From Candidatus Iainarchaeum sp. (GTDB lineage: Archaea > B1Sed10-29 > WALL01), in assembly GCA_021162685.1 (NCBI GenBank), contig JAGGYF010000042.1, positions 1-34,177 of the forward strand: a stretch of DNA of 34,177 nucleotides, read 5' to 3'. The notes below the pieces were generated by a model, which did not search any database, had not been told where the DNA came from, and saw only the letters and a list, made by a program, of their open reading frames with translations. Position numbers and translations under genes: made by a program. Below, piece after piece: positions 16,363 through 26,946 of this stretch (positions are counted from its first letter, which is position 1; each line of letters opens with the position of its first letter).

Positions 16363-18999
16363 ATGGATGATGCAGTATACTGGCATGCAGTTGATATCAA
16401 GACAATATTCAAGTTGTTGAAGACATCAGAGAAGGGCTTAACTTCTGAAGAGGTAAAGAGGAGAAGAAAGGAGTATGGAGAGAATGAGATAACACTCAAG
16501 GAGAATATATCTGCGCTTAAACTCTTTCTTAATCAATTCTCCAGCCCCCTTGTAATAACACTAATTATTGCTGCTGCAGTTCTTATTATCGTATCATTGA
16601 TGTCAAATGATTCGTCGCAATTAATTGATGCCTCGCTGATTATCTTTATTGTTCTTGCCAATAGTGTGTTTGGTTTTTTCCAGGATTACAAAGCAGAAAA
16701 GAGTATGCTAGCGCTTAGGAAGATGACAAAAGTGAACGTTATTGTCGTTAGGGATGGAGTAGAACAAATTGTAGATGCAAAAGAACTTGTCCCTGGTGAC
16801 ATTATTATTGTAGAAGAGGGTTCAAAGATTCCTGCTGATGCCAGAATTATAGGAGTAGAGGACGCATATGTTAATGAGTCTGTGTTAACTGGGGAGAGTA
16901 CGAAGGTGAGAAAGGAGCCATGCGTTCTTCCCATGAATACGCCACTTCATGCTAGAAAAAACATGTTGTTCATGACAACAACAGTTACAATGGGAAGTGC
17001 AACCGCTGTCGTTGTTGGAACAGGAATAAATACAGAAGTAGGAAGGATTGCAAAGCAGATACACGAGACAGAACAGGAATCAACAATTTTCCAGGTTCAG
17101 TTGGAATCACTAAGTAAGAGTATTGGGAGTTTCATTTTAGGAATTATTGTATTTATTGCTCTTGTGCAGGCATTTGTGCACGCGTTTGACCTAAAAACAA
17201 TCTTTTTAACATCGGTTGCATTAGCAGTAGCAGCAATACCAGAAGGACTTCCTGCAGTTGTTACTCTCTCGCTTGCTTATGGAACATCAAAGATGGTAAA
17301 AAAGAATGCACTTGTAAGGAGACTTGCAATCATTGAGAGTTTAGGTTCTGTTGATGTCATATGTACAGATAAAACTGGGACTTTAACGGAAAACAAGATG
17401 ACTGTGAAAAAGATATATTTTGACAATAAGATGTATGATGTTACTGGTTCTGGCCTTGATGAACAAGGAGAGTTTATTTCTGATGGAAAAATAAGAAAAA
17501 GGGAGTTGTACCCTATTTTGCTTACTGGTGTATTGTGTAACAATGCACACGTAGGAAAGAAATATTTTGGAGAACCATTAGAGGTTGCACTTCTTATTGC
17601 AGGAAAAAAGGCAGGGATAGATAAAAAAGAGGTTGAGAAGAAGTATAAACACATAAAGGAGATCCCATTCAATTCAGAAAGAAAACGCATGACAGTTATC
17701 TATTTAATTGATGGAAAGAAGATGGCATTTATGAAGGGTGCACCCGAGGTTGTGCTTCAACATTGTACATACGTATATGAAAACGGAAAAAATAGAAAAC
17801 TTAGTAAAAAGAGAAAAAAAGAGCTTTTGAGTGTTTCACGAGAACTGGAAGCGCAGGGCTTTTATGTATTGGGATTTGCACAAAAAGAACTCAACAGGCA
17901 ATCGGATGCAGAATCAAACATGGTATTCTTAGGCTTCCAGGGCATGATTGATCCTCCGAGGCCAGAGGTAAAGGAAGCTATTGCGGCATGTGAAACAGCA
18001 GGTATCAGAGTTATAATGATTACAGGAGATAGCCCCCTTACTGCAAAGAACATAGCAAAACAGGTTGGTATTGGTACTGAGGTGATGATAGGGGAAGAGG
18101 TTGATAAAATAACAGATAAGGAACTGGAGAATGCTGTTGAAACTATTGATATCTTTGCCAGAGTTTCACCACATCACAAAGTAAGAATACTCAACGCGCT
18201 TAGGGCAAATGAACATGTTATTGCTATGACTGGAGATGGGGTGAATGACGCTCCTGCTCTGAAGAGCGCAGATGTTGGAATTGCTATGGGGGTACGTGGA
18301 ACAGATGTAGCGAGAGAAGCCAGCGATATGATCCTACTAGATGATAACTTTGCGACAATTGCAGAGGCAATAAAAGAAGGGAGAACAATATACGGAAACA
18401 TAAAAAAATTCATAAACTATTTGCTAACATCAAACTTTGCAGAAGTATTTGCGATATTTATCGCATCTCTCTTTGCTTACCTTCCAGTAACAGCAGTTCA
18501 GCTTTTATGGATAAACTTTGTTACAGATGGATTCCCCGCTGTTGCATTAGGAGCAGACCCACCTCCTCCCGATATTATGAAAAGAAAACCGAAGAAGAAG
18601 GACGAACACATCATTGACAGAAGGATGTGGTACTTGATTGCTTTGATCGGCGTAGAGAATACAATCCTCATTTTGAGTGTGTTCTTTATTGGATTGGGGA
18701 TGGGTGGTCTAAAGGTTGCCCAAACAATGGCATTCACTGGTTTTGTACTGTATGAATTTGTGAGAATAGTCGTGATAAGGACACAAGAAAAGTTGGGCAT
18801 GCTATCAAATCACTATTTAACATTGGCAATGATTATCTCAATAGGACTTCAATTTGTTTTGTTGTATTCTCCACTGAATAAACTCTTTGGGGTTGTTCCA
18901 TTGGGCATAGAAAACTGGGCAGTTTTGATAACAGGTACAATTATAGGTTATGTTTCTGCTATATTCATAACGAGATGGGTGATGAGGATGACTGCATGA
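16363..18999 (+). CDS. P-type cation-transporting ATPase (type IIA, Ca2+-like)
   Basis: TGES, IPEGLP, DKTGTLT, KGAPE, TGD, GDGVNDAPAL. Confidence 0.96.
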   Translation: MDDAVYWHAVDIKTIFKLLKTSEKGLTSEEVKRRRKEYGENEITLKENISALKLFLNQFSSPLVITLIIAAAVLIIVSLMSNDSSQLIDASLIIFIVLANSVFGFFQDYKAEKSMLALRKMTKVNVIVVRDGVEQIVDAKELVPGDIIIVEEGSKIPADARIIGVEDAYVNESVLTGESTKVRKEPCVLPMNTPLHARKNMLFMTTTVTMGSATAVVVGTGINTEVGRIAKQIHETEQESTIFQVQLESLSKSIGSFILGIIVFIALVQAFVHAFDLKTIFLTSVALAVAAIPEGLPAVVTLSLAYGTSKMVKKNALVRRLAIIESLGSVDVICTDKTGTLTENKMTVKKIYFDNKMYDVTGSGLDEQGEFISDGKIRKRELYPILLTGVLCNNAHVGKKYFGEPLEVALLIAGKKAGIDKKEVEKKYKHIKEIPFNSERKRMTVIYLIDGKKMAFMKGAPEVVLQHCTYVYENGKNRKLSKKRKKELLSVSRELEAQGFYVLGFAQKELNRQSDAESNMVFLGFQGMIDPPRPEVKEAIAACETAGIRVIMITGDSPLTAKNIAKQVGIGTEVMIGEEVDKITDKELENAVETIDIFARVSPHHKVRILNALRANEHVIAMTGDGVNDAPALKSADVGIAMGVRGTDVAREASDMILLDDNFATIAEAIKEGRTIYGNIKKFINYLLTSNFAEVFAIFIASLFAYLPVTAVQLLWINFVTDGFPAVALGADPPPPDIMKRKPKKKDEHIIDRRMWYLIALIGVENTILILSVFFIGLGMGGLKVAQTMAFTGFVLYEFVRIVVIRTQEKLGMLSNHYLTLAMIISIGLQFVLLYSPLNKLFGVVPLGIENWAVLITGTIIGYVSAIFITRWVMRMTA

Positions 19000-19023
19000 T
19001 GAACTCAACATAAACTTTTATAA

Positions 19024-19185
19024 ATGTTCTTTCCCAGATCTTCCACTCATTTTTCAGAAATAATTGAAGCAAAGAGCCTAGAAGAAGCAATAGAAAAGAC
19101 AGATATGAACCTAGAATTAAATGTCGTGATACCTCTGAATAATGAGAACATTGAACATCTTAGGAAGTTGATTATTCAGGAATAG
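19024..19185 (+). CDS. Small hypothetical protein, 53 aa (below ORF-track cutoff)
   Basis: MFFPRSSTHFSEIIEAKSLEEAIEKTDMNLELNVVIPLNNENIEHLRKLIIQE* fills the intergenic gap. Confidence 0.45.
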   Translation: MFFPRSSTHFSEIIEAKSLEEAIEKTDMNLELNVVIPLNNENIEHLRKLIIQE

Positions 19186-19233
19186 ATGATTGCATAAGCA
19201 ATGTTTTTAAATCAATGGTTCGTTATGTTTTCT

Positions 19234-20976
19234 ATGGAGCAGGTAGCAGAACTCTTTTTGGAATTGGGCTTGATTCTTGGTACGGCAAGTGTTCTTGCAT
19301 ATATAATGAGAAGGTTCAAGCAGCCAACTATCCTTTCATATATACTCACGGGCGTTATATTTGGCCCAAGTGTGCTGAATGTAATTGGCGCTCATGAATT
19401 TATAAAGGTATTCTCTGAGTTTGGTGTTGCTTTCCTGTTGTTTACTGTTGGTCTGCAGTTGAGTATAAGGGACCTAAAGGAGGTTGGAAAAGTAGCGTTT
19501 CTTACAGGTATAGGCCAGGTTTTGTTCACATTTACAATTGCATTCCTGGGTTTAAACGTACTTGGTTTTGATTGGAAAGCTGCTGTGTACATCGCAATTG
19601 CGCTTTCTTTCAGTAGCACAATTATTGTTGTGAAACTTTTATCAGAAAAGAACGATATTAGCTCTTTATATGGAAAGATTGCAATTGGTTTTCTGCTTGT
19701 CCAGGACTTTATTGCTATATTTGCACTTATCTTTTTGACAGGTGTTGCGCAACAGCAACCAGTTGGCGTGATTATTATAAACACAATCGTAAAGACCGTC
19801 TTTTTGATTGGAGCAATTGCTTTGTTTACGAAGTATATCCTGCACAGGTTGTTTGATAGGATTGCAAGGTGGCACGAACTTCTTTTCATATCAAGTTTGG
19901 GGCTTTGTTTTCTTCTTGCTTATATCACGCATTATTTCGGGTTATCATTGGAAATAGGTTCTTTCCTTGCTGGTGTTTCCCTTGCTACATTAAAATATAA
20001 TATAGACATTGTTGGAAGGATAAAATCTGTCAGAGATTTTTTTATCATCATATTTTTTGTGCTGCTCGGTCTTCAATTGCATATCTCTCTTTCTGATATC
20101 CCACTTGTTATTATCCTCTCACTTTTTGTGCTGATTGGCAATCCATTTATTGTGATGAGCATCATGAGTTTAATGGGGTATAGTACAAGAACAAGTTTAT
20201 TTGCAGGATTTACTGTATCTCAGATAAGCGAATTCTCTCTTATTGTCGCAGCAATGGGTCTTTCTTTAGGGCATATAAGCGAACCAACTGTATCAATCAT
20301 AACCATGGTTGCGCTCGTAACAATAACTGTATCGGTTTACTTTATCCAGTTTAATGAGTATATATATGGGAGAATAGGGAAATTTTTGAAATTTTTGGAG
20401 CGTAAGAAACTCGTTGAACATAGGTCAAGATTACCAAAAGAACTGAGGAATCATGTTGTTCTCTTTGGACATCATCGGATGGGGCACACCATATCAAAAA
20501 AATTGGATGAGTTGGGATACACAATAGTTATTGTGGATTTTGATCCGGATGTCATATCATCCCTACTGAAAAAGGGAAAGAACTGCATGTATGGTGATAT
20601 GAGCGACCCAGAAGTTTTAGAAAAGGTTAATCTGAAGGATGCAAAACTCATTATCTCTACTGTTCCATCAAAAAACGATAATCTTGTTTTACTCCATAAT
20701 GTAAAAGAAGTAGGAAGCAAGGCAATCATTATTGTGACAGCAGAGCAGTTGTTGGACGCCATTGAATTATATAGAGCAGGCGCAGACTACGTGATTATGC
20801 CTCATTTCATAGGAGGAGAGCATGTAAGCTTATTATTGAATAAATTGGTTAAGAATAAAAAATGGAGAGAGGCAGCAAAACAAAAACACATCCTACAATT
20901 GTTGGAACATAGGAGGCGGGGACACGAATTTAACGTCAAAAATATTCAATGGGATCTTCTATCCCTGCTTCCCTGA
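19234..20976 (+). CDS. CPA2/KefB-type cation:proton antiporter with C-terminal TrkA-N (RCK) domain
   Basis: About 12 TM helices with [14 protein letters not shown] and QISEFS; [26 protein letters not shown]. Confidence 0.93.
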   Translation: MEQVAELFLELGLILGTASVLAYIMRRFKQPTILSYILTGVIFGPSVLNVIGAHEFIKVFSEFGVAFLLFTVGLQLSIRDLKEVGKVAFLTGIGQVLFTFTIAFLGLNVLGFDWKAAVYIAIALSFSSTIIVVKLLSEKNDISSLYGKIAIGFLLVQDFIAIFALIFLTGVAQQQPVGVIIINTIVKTVFLIGAIALFTKYILHRLFDRIARWHELLFISSLGLCFLLAYITHYFGLSLEIGSFLAGVSLATLKYNIDIVGRIKSVRDFFIIIFFVLLGLQLHISLSDIPLVIILSLFVLIGNPFIVMSIMSLMGYSTRTSLFAGFTVSQISEFSLIVAAMGLSLGHISEPTVSIITMVALVTITVSVYFIQFNEYIYGRIGKFLKFLERKKLVEHRSRLPKELRNHVVLFGHHRMGHTISKKLDELGYTIVIVDFDPDVISSLLKKGKNCMYGDMSDPEVLEKVNLKDAKLIISTVPSKNDNLVLLHNVKEVGSKAIIIVTAEQLLDAIELYRAGADYVIMPHFIGGEHVSLLLNKLVKNKKWREAAKQKHILQLLEHRRRGHEFNVKNIQWDLLSLLP

Positions 20977-21598
20977 ACCCTTTTAACCGCAATACACAAG
21001 AATCACATTTTCCGCACGCTTTTGGTCCGTTGCTCACATAGCAACTCCACGTAAGGTGCAGTGGCGCTTTTAGTTCCACCCCTTTCCTTACAATCTCGCT
21101 TTTCCTCATATGTATGATTGGAGTAACTACCTCTATCTTTGTCTCTGGCTTTGTTCCTATTTCTATTACTTTGTTAAATGCCTCGTAAAACTCTGGCCTA
21201 CAATCCGGATACCCACTTGAATCCTCAAATACTGCTCCGATATATATCCTTTCAGCGCCTATGACCTCTGCCCAACTTGTGGCAATACTCAAAAGGTTAG
21301 CGTTTCTGAAAGGTACATACGTTACTGGAATCTCTTTCCTCCCTAAATCAGCCTCTGGAACATCTATATTGCTGTCTGTCAATGCACTTCCCCCAATGTT
21401 CTTTAAGTAGTCAAGATCAACCTCCATTGTTTTTGCTCCATAGTACTTGGCGATATCATAGAATGCTTTTCTCTCCCTTTTTTCTGTTCTGTGTCCATAA
21501 TTTGCATGCAGAAAATATAGTTCATCACATTCCTCGTTTGCAATCGCTGCTGCAACGCACGAGTCCATACCGCCAGAAACAAGAACTACCGCCTTCAT
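20936..21598 (-). CDS. queC: 7-cyano-7-deazaguanine synthase
   Basis: SGGMDS, YVPFRN, YPDCR, TWSCY...CGKCDSC. Confidence 0.97.
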   Translation of the reverse strand: MKAVVLVSGGMDSCVAAAIANEECDELYFLHANYGHRTEKRERKAFYDIAKYYGAKTMEVDLDYLKNIGGSALTDSNIDVPEADLGRKEIPVTYVPFRNANLLSIATSWAEVIGAERIYIGAVFEDSSGYPDCRPEFYEAFNKVIEIGTKPETKIEVVTPIIHMRKSEIVRKGVELKAPLHLTWSCYVSNGPKACGKCDSCVLRLKGFREAGIEDPIEYF

Positions 21599-22222
21599 CT
21601 AAACACCTCTTTTGTCTCCCCATATTATCTTATGTAATTGTATTCCTATCCTCATGTTGTCATCAAGTTTTTTTATTTTTTTGGATAAAAATGAGAAGTC
21701 TACGCCACCTTCGGGTATAAGATACAATATCTTTGGATTAATTTGTTTTGATAGTTTCTTTGCCCATTTCCAGTCGCTCTCATTTTTTATTACTACTTTG
21801 AAATAAGCATTCTTCAAACGTTTGAACTCTTTGATTTTGAATGTTGCCTTTACATTTGCGCTTGGAGGTTTTGGGCTGACAACAACGCAATCTAATTGTC
21901 TCAGAAATGGTTTGTATATTGTGCCATTTGTTTCAATGTGAATTTTATAATCTGCTCTTTTCAAATCTCTGACCAGAGGATATATCTCCTGAATTAATGG
22001 TTCTCCCCCTGTGATTATTATGTGCTTTGTTCTGTATTTTTGTATTTTCTTTAAGATCTGCTTTTCACTCATCTCTTTATAATCCTCTGAATCATTCCAT
22101 GTATATTTAGAATCACACCAAGAGCATCGCAGATTACATCCGTGCAATCTGATGAATATTGCAGGCATGCCCATAAACGGACCTTCTCCTTGTATGGAAT
22201 AGAATATTTCAGTCACACGCAT
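21599..22222 (-). CDS. queE: 7-carboxy-7-deazaguanine synthase (radical SAM)
   Basis: EIFYSIQGEG, GCNLRCSWCD, ITGGEP, IETNG, VSPK, QLHK; adjacent to queC. Confidence 0.95.
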   Translation of the reverse strand: MRVTEIFYSIQGEGPFMGMPAIFIRLHGCNLRCSWCDSKYTWNDSEDYKEMSEKQILKKIQKYRTKHIIITGGEPLIQEIYPLVRDLKRADYKIHIETNGTIYKPFLRQLDCVVVSPKPPSANVKATFKIKEFKRLKNAYFKVVIKNESDWKWAKKLSKQINPKILYLIPEGGVDFSFLSKKIKKLDDNMRIGIQLHKIIWGDKRGV

Positions 22223-22284
22223 AGTTGTTTTATTGGCACAAAGTTATTTAAGCATGACTGAAGAAAAAGATAGTGGTGATCGTG

Positions 22285-22800
22285 ATGGATGACGATAAAA
22301 GAAGGTTTTGGAGGAGGCGCAACCCGTTTTTTGACCTTTTCTCTGAGTTTGACAAGATTGACGAGATGATGGACGAGATGATGAAGAAAGCGTTTGATGA
22401 TTTTGAGAAAATCGGCGCTTCTGGAAAGCCATTAACATACGGATTTTCTATAAAGATTGGGCCAGATGGAAAACCCCAGATTAGAGAATTTGGAAACATA
22501 AAACCAACAGAGGAGAAGATTGAAGTAAAAGATGCCAGAGAACCGTTGGTAGATGTGATGAATAGAGATGATGGTATAACAGTGCTTGCTGAAATGCCGG
22601 GTGTAGAAAAAAAGGATATAGATATTAGCGCAACTGAGAAAACGCTAACTATCAAGGCCCCTGATTTTTATAAGGAGGTTGAGCTGCCGGAGGAGATACT
22701 GACTGATAGTGTTAAGGCAAGTTATAAAAACGGTGTGTTAACTGTTGAGATGAAGAAGAAGGTTGCAAAGCCAAAAGGAAAGAAGGTTAGGGTAGAGTGA
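22285..22800 (+). CDS. hsp20: Archaeal small heat-shock protein Hsp20
   Basis: YGFSIKIGPDGKP..REFGN, REPLVDV, AEMPGV, ASYKNGVL. SD GGTGAT lies upstream of 22285. Confidence 0.95.
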   Translation: MDDDKRRFWRRRNPFFDLFSEFDKIDEMMDEMMKKAFDDFEKIGASGKPLTYGFSIKIGPDGKPQIREFGNIKPTEEKIEVKDAREPLVDVMNRDDGITVLAEMPGVEKKDIDISATEKTLTIKAPDFYKEVELPEEILTDSVKASYKNGVLTVEMKKKVAKPKGKKVRVE

Positions 22801-22801
22801 T

Positions 22802-23242
22802 ATGCCCGCACTTGAAGAAGCATTCAAGATTAGAAGGCGATTATATGCAGTTGCTTCGGGCATTCATACACACGAGGTTGAAGAAGCAGTCAGGGAACTC
22901 TATAACAAACATAAAAGGCCGGTTAGCATAATGGAGATACATGAACATGTAGTGAACAAGCGTGTTGAAAACGCAATTCCTGAAGTAGCAGAGCAGTTGG
23001 GCATTCCTGAGGATAAGATAAGGCAATATGAGCTTTTTGAGACTGACAAGAGAATGTTGCGGACAAAAATAAACGAAATTCTGAACAAGTTGAGGAAGAA
23101 GGGGCAATTAGAGGTATACGTTGTCAAGGACCTCCCAGAAGATATCTCAAGTAAAATTATAGAAGAAACAATACGCCTTGGATATAATGAGAGATTTGGC
23201 TCAGCAAGATTTTTGAAGGCATACAAACCAACTGAGCCATAA
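22802..23242 (+). CDS. Hypothetical protein, possibly winged-helix-like
   Basis: Intact 146-aa ORF directly after hsp20; no recognised family. Confidence 0.6.
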   Translation: MPALEEAFKIRRRLYAVASGIHTHEVEEAVRELYNKHKRPVSIMEIHEHVVNKRVENAIPEVAEQLGIPEDKIRQYELFETDKRMLRTKINEILNKLRKKGQLEVYVVKDLPEDISSKIIEETIRLGYNERFGSARFLKAYKPTEP

Positions 23243-23274
23243 TGCTTTTATATGCTCATTTGTATTAATTCCAT

Positions 23275-23781
23275 ATGGCAAGACTACATTCAATGGAATA
23301 TCCTGCAAAGAAGCTGTTAAAGATTATTGCCCTAGATATTTATATTCCTGTATTAACCATAGGCATATCTGCTGGCATTATAAGTTTTGTTGCAGATGCT
23401 CTGCTCTCTATTTATGGAAATCCTTTCCCTCAGGTGCTCTGGGACCTTTTCTATGGATTTTTCATGACGTTTTTAGCAATTGGCCTGCTGCTCCATATCC
23501 ATAAGATGTTGCAGATGACAGAGGCATCTATCACAATCATATGGACATGGTTCTTCTACGTTTTTGTTTATTCTATTCTCTACTCAGCAGCAAACTTCTT
23601 ATCATTGATATCCTTTGATTATCCCATTAATTTGATGTCAACATTTATAATTTGGGTACTGGTTGGAACAATCAATGCGATATTCTGGAAATTTATGTCG
23701 GGCGTGTTTGGATACACAAGATGGTATGCATTGAGCACAATAAAGATTGATGAATCACTTCCTGAATCAGAATACCTGTAG
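23275..23781 (+). CDS. Hypothetical four-TM membrane protein
   Basis: Four hydrophobic segments; TATA-like element upstream. Confidence 0.7.
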   Translation: MARLHSMEYPAKKLLKIIALDIYIPVLTIGISAGIISFVADALLSIYGNPFPQVLWDLFYGFFMTFLAIGLLLHIHKMLQMTEASITIIWTWFFYVFVYSILYSAANFLSLISFDYPINLMSTFIIWVLVGTINAIFWKFMSGVFGYTRWYALSTIKIDESLPESEYL

Positions 23782-23789
23782 GTGCATGT

Positions 23790-24017
23790 GTGGGACTAGG
23801 AAGATTATTGTTGGCACGGCGTGTATTTAGACGCCCAAGGAGAAAACATGAAAACGTACAAAAAGAGAGGCCGAAGTCGCCTCCTGCTAAAATTACGCTC
23901 TTTGCCATTATCATTGCAGTGGTAATCGCTTTTATTGCCTACTCCATGACAAAAAATCTTGTTTTAACAATCTTGCTTCCCATTCTAATGCTGTATCTTT
24001 CGCATCATCATGTATAG
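23790..24017 (+). CDS. Small membrane protein with basic N-terminus
   Basis: GTG start after AGGTG; Arg-rich N-terminus followed by two TM helices. Confidence 0.55.
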   Translation: MGLGRLLLARRVFRRPRRKHENVQKERPKSPPAKITLFAIIIAVVIAFIAYSMTKNLVLTILLPILMLYLSHHHV

Positions 24018-24529
24018 GCCATAAAGAAAAGCAGTTGAAGAATAAACCAAAGAAGACCCAAATGCTTTATAGATGCAAAGAATTTAGATAACTCAAGAAA
24101 GCAATATATGGGGACAAAAAGCAGGGGGAGCGAGACCAGTGCAAACAACCAATCAAGCAGGCCTTTTTTGAACGCTAGCGATGCTTTATAGAACTTAATA
24201 AGAGAAGTGGATGCATTATCTATATCTGTTTTGGATGGAAAACAAAAGTATGAAGAAGAGAGCGCAATCCACAGCGTTACAGCCGAGAGAGGTAATTCGT
24301 TTGAATGTAGAGCAATGTAGATAAGTAAAACTGATATACTCGTGCCAAACAAAAAGGGGAATAATGCGATAATGCTATTTATCAAAAAGTTCCTGCTCGC
24401 ATGTGTAACACTTGCTTCTTTTATGCCAAACCATTTTGTGTGGGTCACCTTTGTTCCTGTAATAAGACATGCAACATAGTGTGATAGTTCATGGACCACA
24501 ACACCAGGAAACAGTAGAAACCACAGCAT
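24008..24529 (-). CDS. Membrane metalloprotease-like protein (M50-like, HExxH)
   Basis: PGVVVHELSH and PSKTD motifs in a hydrophobic protein. Confidence 0.8.
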   Translation of the reverse strand: MLWFLLFPGVVVHELSHYVACLITGTKVTHTKWFGIKEASVTHASRNFLINSIIALFPFLFGTSISVLLIYIALHSNELPLSAVTLWIALSSSYFCFPSKTDIDNASTSLIKFYKASLAFKKGLLDWLFALVSLPLLFVPIYCFLELSKFFASIKHLGLLWFILQLLFFMAYT

Positions 24530-24573
24530 AGTAATGACAAGGTTTTTATATGTATTAAATCTTTTGTTTGAAC

Positions 24574-25086
24574 ATGGAGTTTTTTGATGTTATCAAAAGA
24601 AGGAAGTCTGTAAGGGCGTTTCTTGATAAGGAGATACCAAAAGATATGGAAATGAAAATAAAAGAGGCCATAAATCTAGCGCCGTCTGCTGGAGACCTCC
24701 AATCATACAAAGTATTTGTTGTCAAAAATGAGTCAATAAAAAAGAGAATCGCAGATGCTGCATATGGCCAAATGTTTGTAGCAGATGCACCATTGGTACT
24801 TGTGTTCTGTGCAGATGCTAGACGTTCATCTTCAAAATATGGAAGGAGAGGGATGGAACTTTATGCACTGCAAGATGCTACAATTGCAGCTGCATATGCA
24901 CAATTGGCTGCTACTGCATTGGGGCTCTCAAGTGTATGGGTTGGTGCGTTTGATGAGGATGATGTAAAGGAAGTTATACGTACAGAACTGAGACCAGTTG
25001 CTATTATACCTATAGGATATGCCGCGAAAAACCCCGAACGCACACCAAGGAGAAGTGTTGAGGAATTATTTGAAGAATATTTATAA
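24574..25086 (+). CDS. Nitroreductase family protein
   Basis: RRKSVRAF, APSAGDLQ, QDA, LGLSSVWVGAF, IPIGY. Confidence 0.93.
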   Translation: MEFFDVIKRRKSVRAFLDKEIPKDMEMKIKEAINLAPSAGDLQSYKVFVVKNESIKKRIADAAYGQMFVADAPLVLVFCADARRSSSKYGRRGMELYALQDATIAAAYAQLAATALGLSSVWVGAFDEDDVKEVIRTELRPVAIIPIGYAAKNPERTPRRSVEELFEEYL

Positions 25087-25106
25087 GTGGTTCTTGAGTA
25101 AATTAG

Positions 25107-25172
25107 TTGGCTATGATGATACCGCCCCAGTATGAGCAAAAGCAATGATTATCGGAGTAGCTTCTGAGCCAA
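25107..25172 (+). ncRNA. Box C/D guide sRNA with two 23S rRNA guides
   Basis: Terminal stem TTGGC/GCCAA. Box C ATGATGA (25113-19), guide TACCGCCCCAGT, D' ATGA (25132-35), C' ATGATTA (25145-51), guide TCGGAGTAGCTT, box D CTGA (25164-67). TATA TTTATAA at 25080-86. Confidence 0.92.
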
Positions 25173-25210
25173 TGCAATGTATTTATATAACATATGTGAA
25201 ATGTGGTATG

Positions 25211-25519
25211 ATGAAAAAGGATTGGTACCAAAAAGCCTTGGAAAAGCCCATAACTCCAGAGAATCTGAGGGATGCACTTATAGAGTGTTATATGAGCGTA
25301 CATCACTGTGCGTTTAAGAAACAGGTTGTTCCGAAAGAGGCCATTATTCTGCAAATAAAAAATGTATTTAGAACAGTTGGCGCTGATTTTGATCATCCAA
25401 CAAAAAAGGATCTTGAAAATGTTGTTGAAGAGATGAGACATACACTATGTGCAATCATTGATGGAAAGGATGTGGAAACACATTATAAACAGATGAAGGA
25501 CCTCATCAAAAGGTTGTAG
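25211..25519 (+). CDS. Hypothetical helical protein, about 102 aa
   Basis: Start trimmed to 25208/25211 because the track start lies inside the sRNA; TATA at about 25182. Confidence 0.7.
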   Translation: MKKDWYQKALEKPITPENLRDALIECYMSVHHCAFKKQVVPKEAIILQIKNVFRTVGADFDHPTKKDLENVVEEMRHTLCAIIDGKDVETHYKQMKDLIKRL

Positions 25520-25520
25520 C

Positions 25521-26012
25521 ATGATAACAATCCACCATAAAGACATAACAGAAATTAATGCTGACGTAATAGTAAATGCAGCAAACGAATATCTACAACA
25601 TAAAGGCGGTGTTGCATTAGCAATAGCAAACAAAGCAGGCGAAGATTTGATAAGAGAATCTGAGGAATATGTACAAAAACATGGCCCATTGAAAACAACA
25701 GGGGTTGCAGTAACAACAGCTGGGAACCTAAACGCAAAATATGTCATTCACGCTGTTGGACCAAGAGGAACGAATGAGATGCAACTACAAAAAACAATTG
25801 AAAACGTGATGAAAAAAGCTATGGAATTAGAGGCAAAAACAATTGCGCTTCCTGCTATTTCTTGCGGTATTTTTGGTTTTGATAAAAAACTTGGTGCAAA
25901 GGTCATATATGAAACAGTATTAAAGTATAGGGACTTTTTTGATGAAATAAAGTTGGTCTCTACTGATAATGAAATAGTAAAAGAATGGAGGAGACTAAGC
26001 ACAATTTATTAA
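25521..26012 (+). CDS. Macro domain protein (ADP-ribose binding/hydrolase)
   Basis: DIT...DVIVNAAN..L.HKGGVA.AI, YVIHAVGP, PAISCGIFG. Confidence 0.94.
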   Translation: MITIHHKDITEINADVIVNAANEYLQHKGGVALAIANKAGEDLIRESEEYVQKHGPLKTTGVAVTTAGNLNAKYVIHAVGPRGTNEMQLQKTIENVMKKAMELEAKTIALPAISCGIFGFDKKLGAKVIYETVLKYRDFFDEIKLVSTDNEIVKEWRRLSTIY

Positions 26013-26019
26013 AGAGCTA

Positions 26020-26848
26020 ATGCCTAGTTTCGTTATATCAGAGGTACTTTACAACAAAAATCTTGACCCAGCATTCAAAAAGCTTAAGGCAGAGGAGATG
26101 AAAAAGAGTTTTATTGAATTCAATAGATTGCTTAATGTATTTGATAGGGATGATGATTACTTCCAAAATCCTAATGAGATAAAGCAGAAAGTGAAATATT
26201 TCATAGAAGAGCTAGACAAAACAATCAAAAATCCAGAATATAAAAGAGATAAAAAGGGTACTCAAAGAGAAGGAGAAACTACCAGACAGCACAATAATTT
26301 CCCATGTTGCGAGATTTATGATTGGCGCTGATGTCAGTCGTGCAAGTGATGAAGAGGTAAAGCACGGCATTGTCATGGAGGGATATATCAACAATCTTCT
26401 ACCAAAATATGCTGAAACCCAACTTGCTAACTATTTGCGTACTGTTGATCACTACTCTGCTGTAGAGAGATGGCTAGAGCGATTTCCCGAGATGAGCGAG
26501 TACATTGACGAAATATTGAATAAAATGAGGGCTCAAGAAAACATAATTTTTGTCAATCCATTAGGCATTACAACAATAAAAACAAAGTATCCAGGAATAT
26601 ACTATCTATCAGGTGGGAAAGCAGAGGAGCATGAAACTAGGCACAAGCAATTTGCAGAGAAAGCAATAAAGGAGTATGGACATAAGATGTTAGATAAGAT
26701 ACATCGCAAGCACCCTGTTTTGATGGATGTGTTCAGCGAGGCGTTTGCTATTCATGGTGATGAGAAGAAAGTAAAAGACATGCGTATGGTTCTTGCTTCC
26801 TCTATGTTGCACAGCGACCCAAACCTATTCGCGACTATCCCACATTAG
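26020..26848 (+). pseudogene. Frameshifted zincin-like (HExxH) protein; one gene split into track ORFs 26020-26331 and 26318-26848
   Basis: Removing one A from the run at 26242-26245 joins ...NPEYK to EIKRVLKEKEKLP...FMIGAD. HETRH motif with downstream SEAFA. May be a sequencing indel. Confidence 0.6.
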
Positions 26849-26946
26849 AGAGCAATGGTGAAGAACCAAGAAGATTGGCTCAAGACATGAAAACAGCCCT
26901 ATCAGCCATCAAGAACAGAGATAAGGTTGCTCAATTTCTTACTTCC

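Noticed and set aside
18996-19025. ATGATGA after the P-type ATPase as a second C/D sRNA
   Set aside because: No properly spaced D'/D boxes, terminal stem or recognisable rRNA guide.
20936-22222. queE-queC as a 7-deazaguanine DNA-modification (dpd) island
   Set aside because: No dpdA/tgt-like or other dpd genes nearby; ordinary preQ0/archaeosine synthesis is the simpler explanation.
25145-25207. Track start of ORF 25145-25519 and antisense ORF 25103-25441
   Set aside because: They overlap the C/D sRNA and the downstream TATA box; the real start is 25208/25211.
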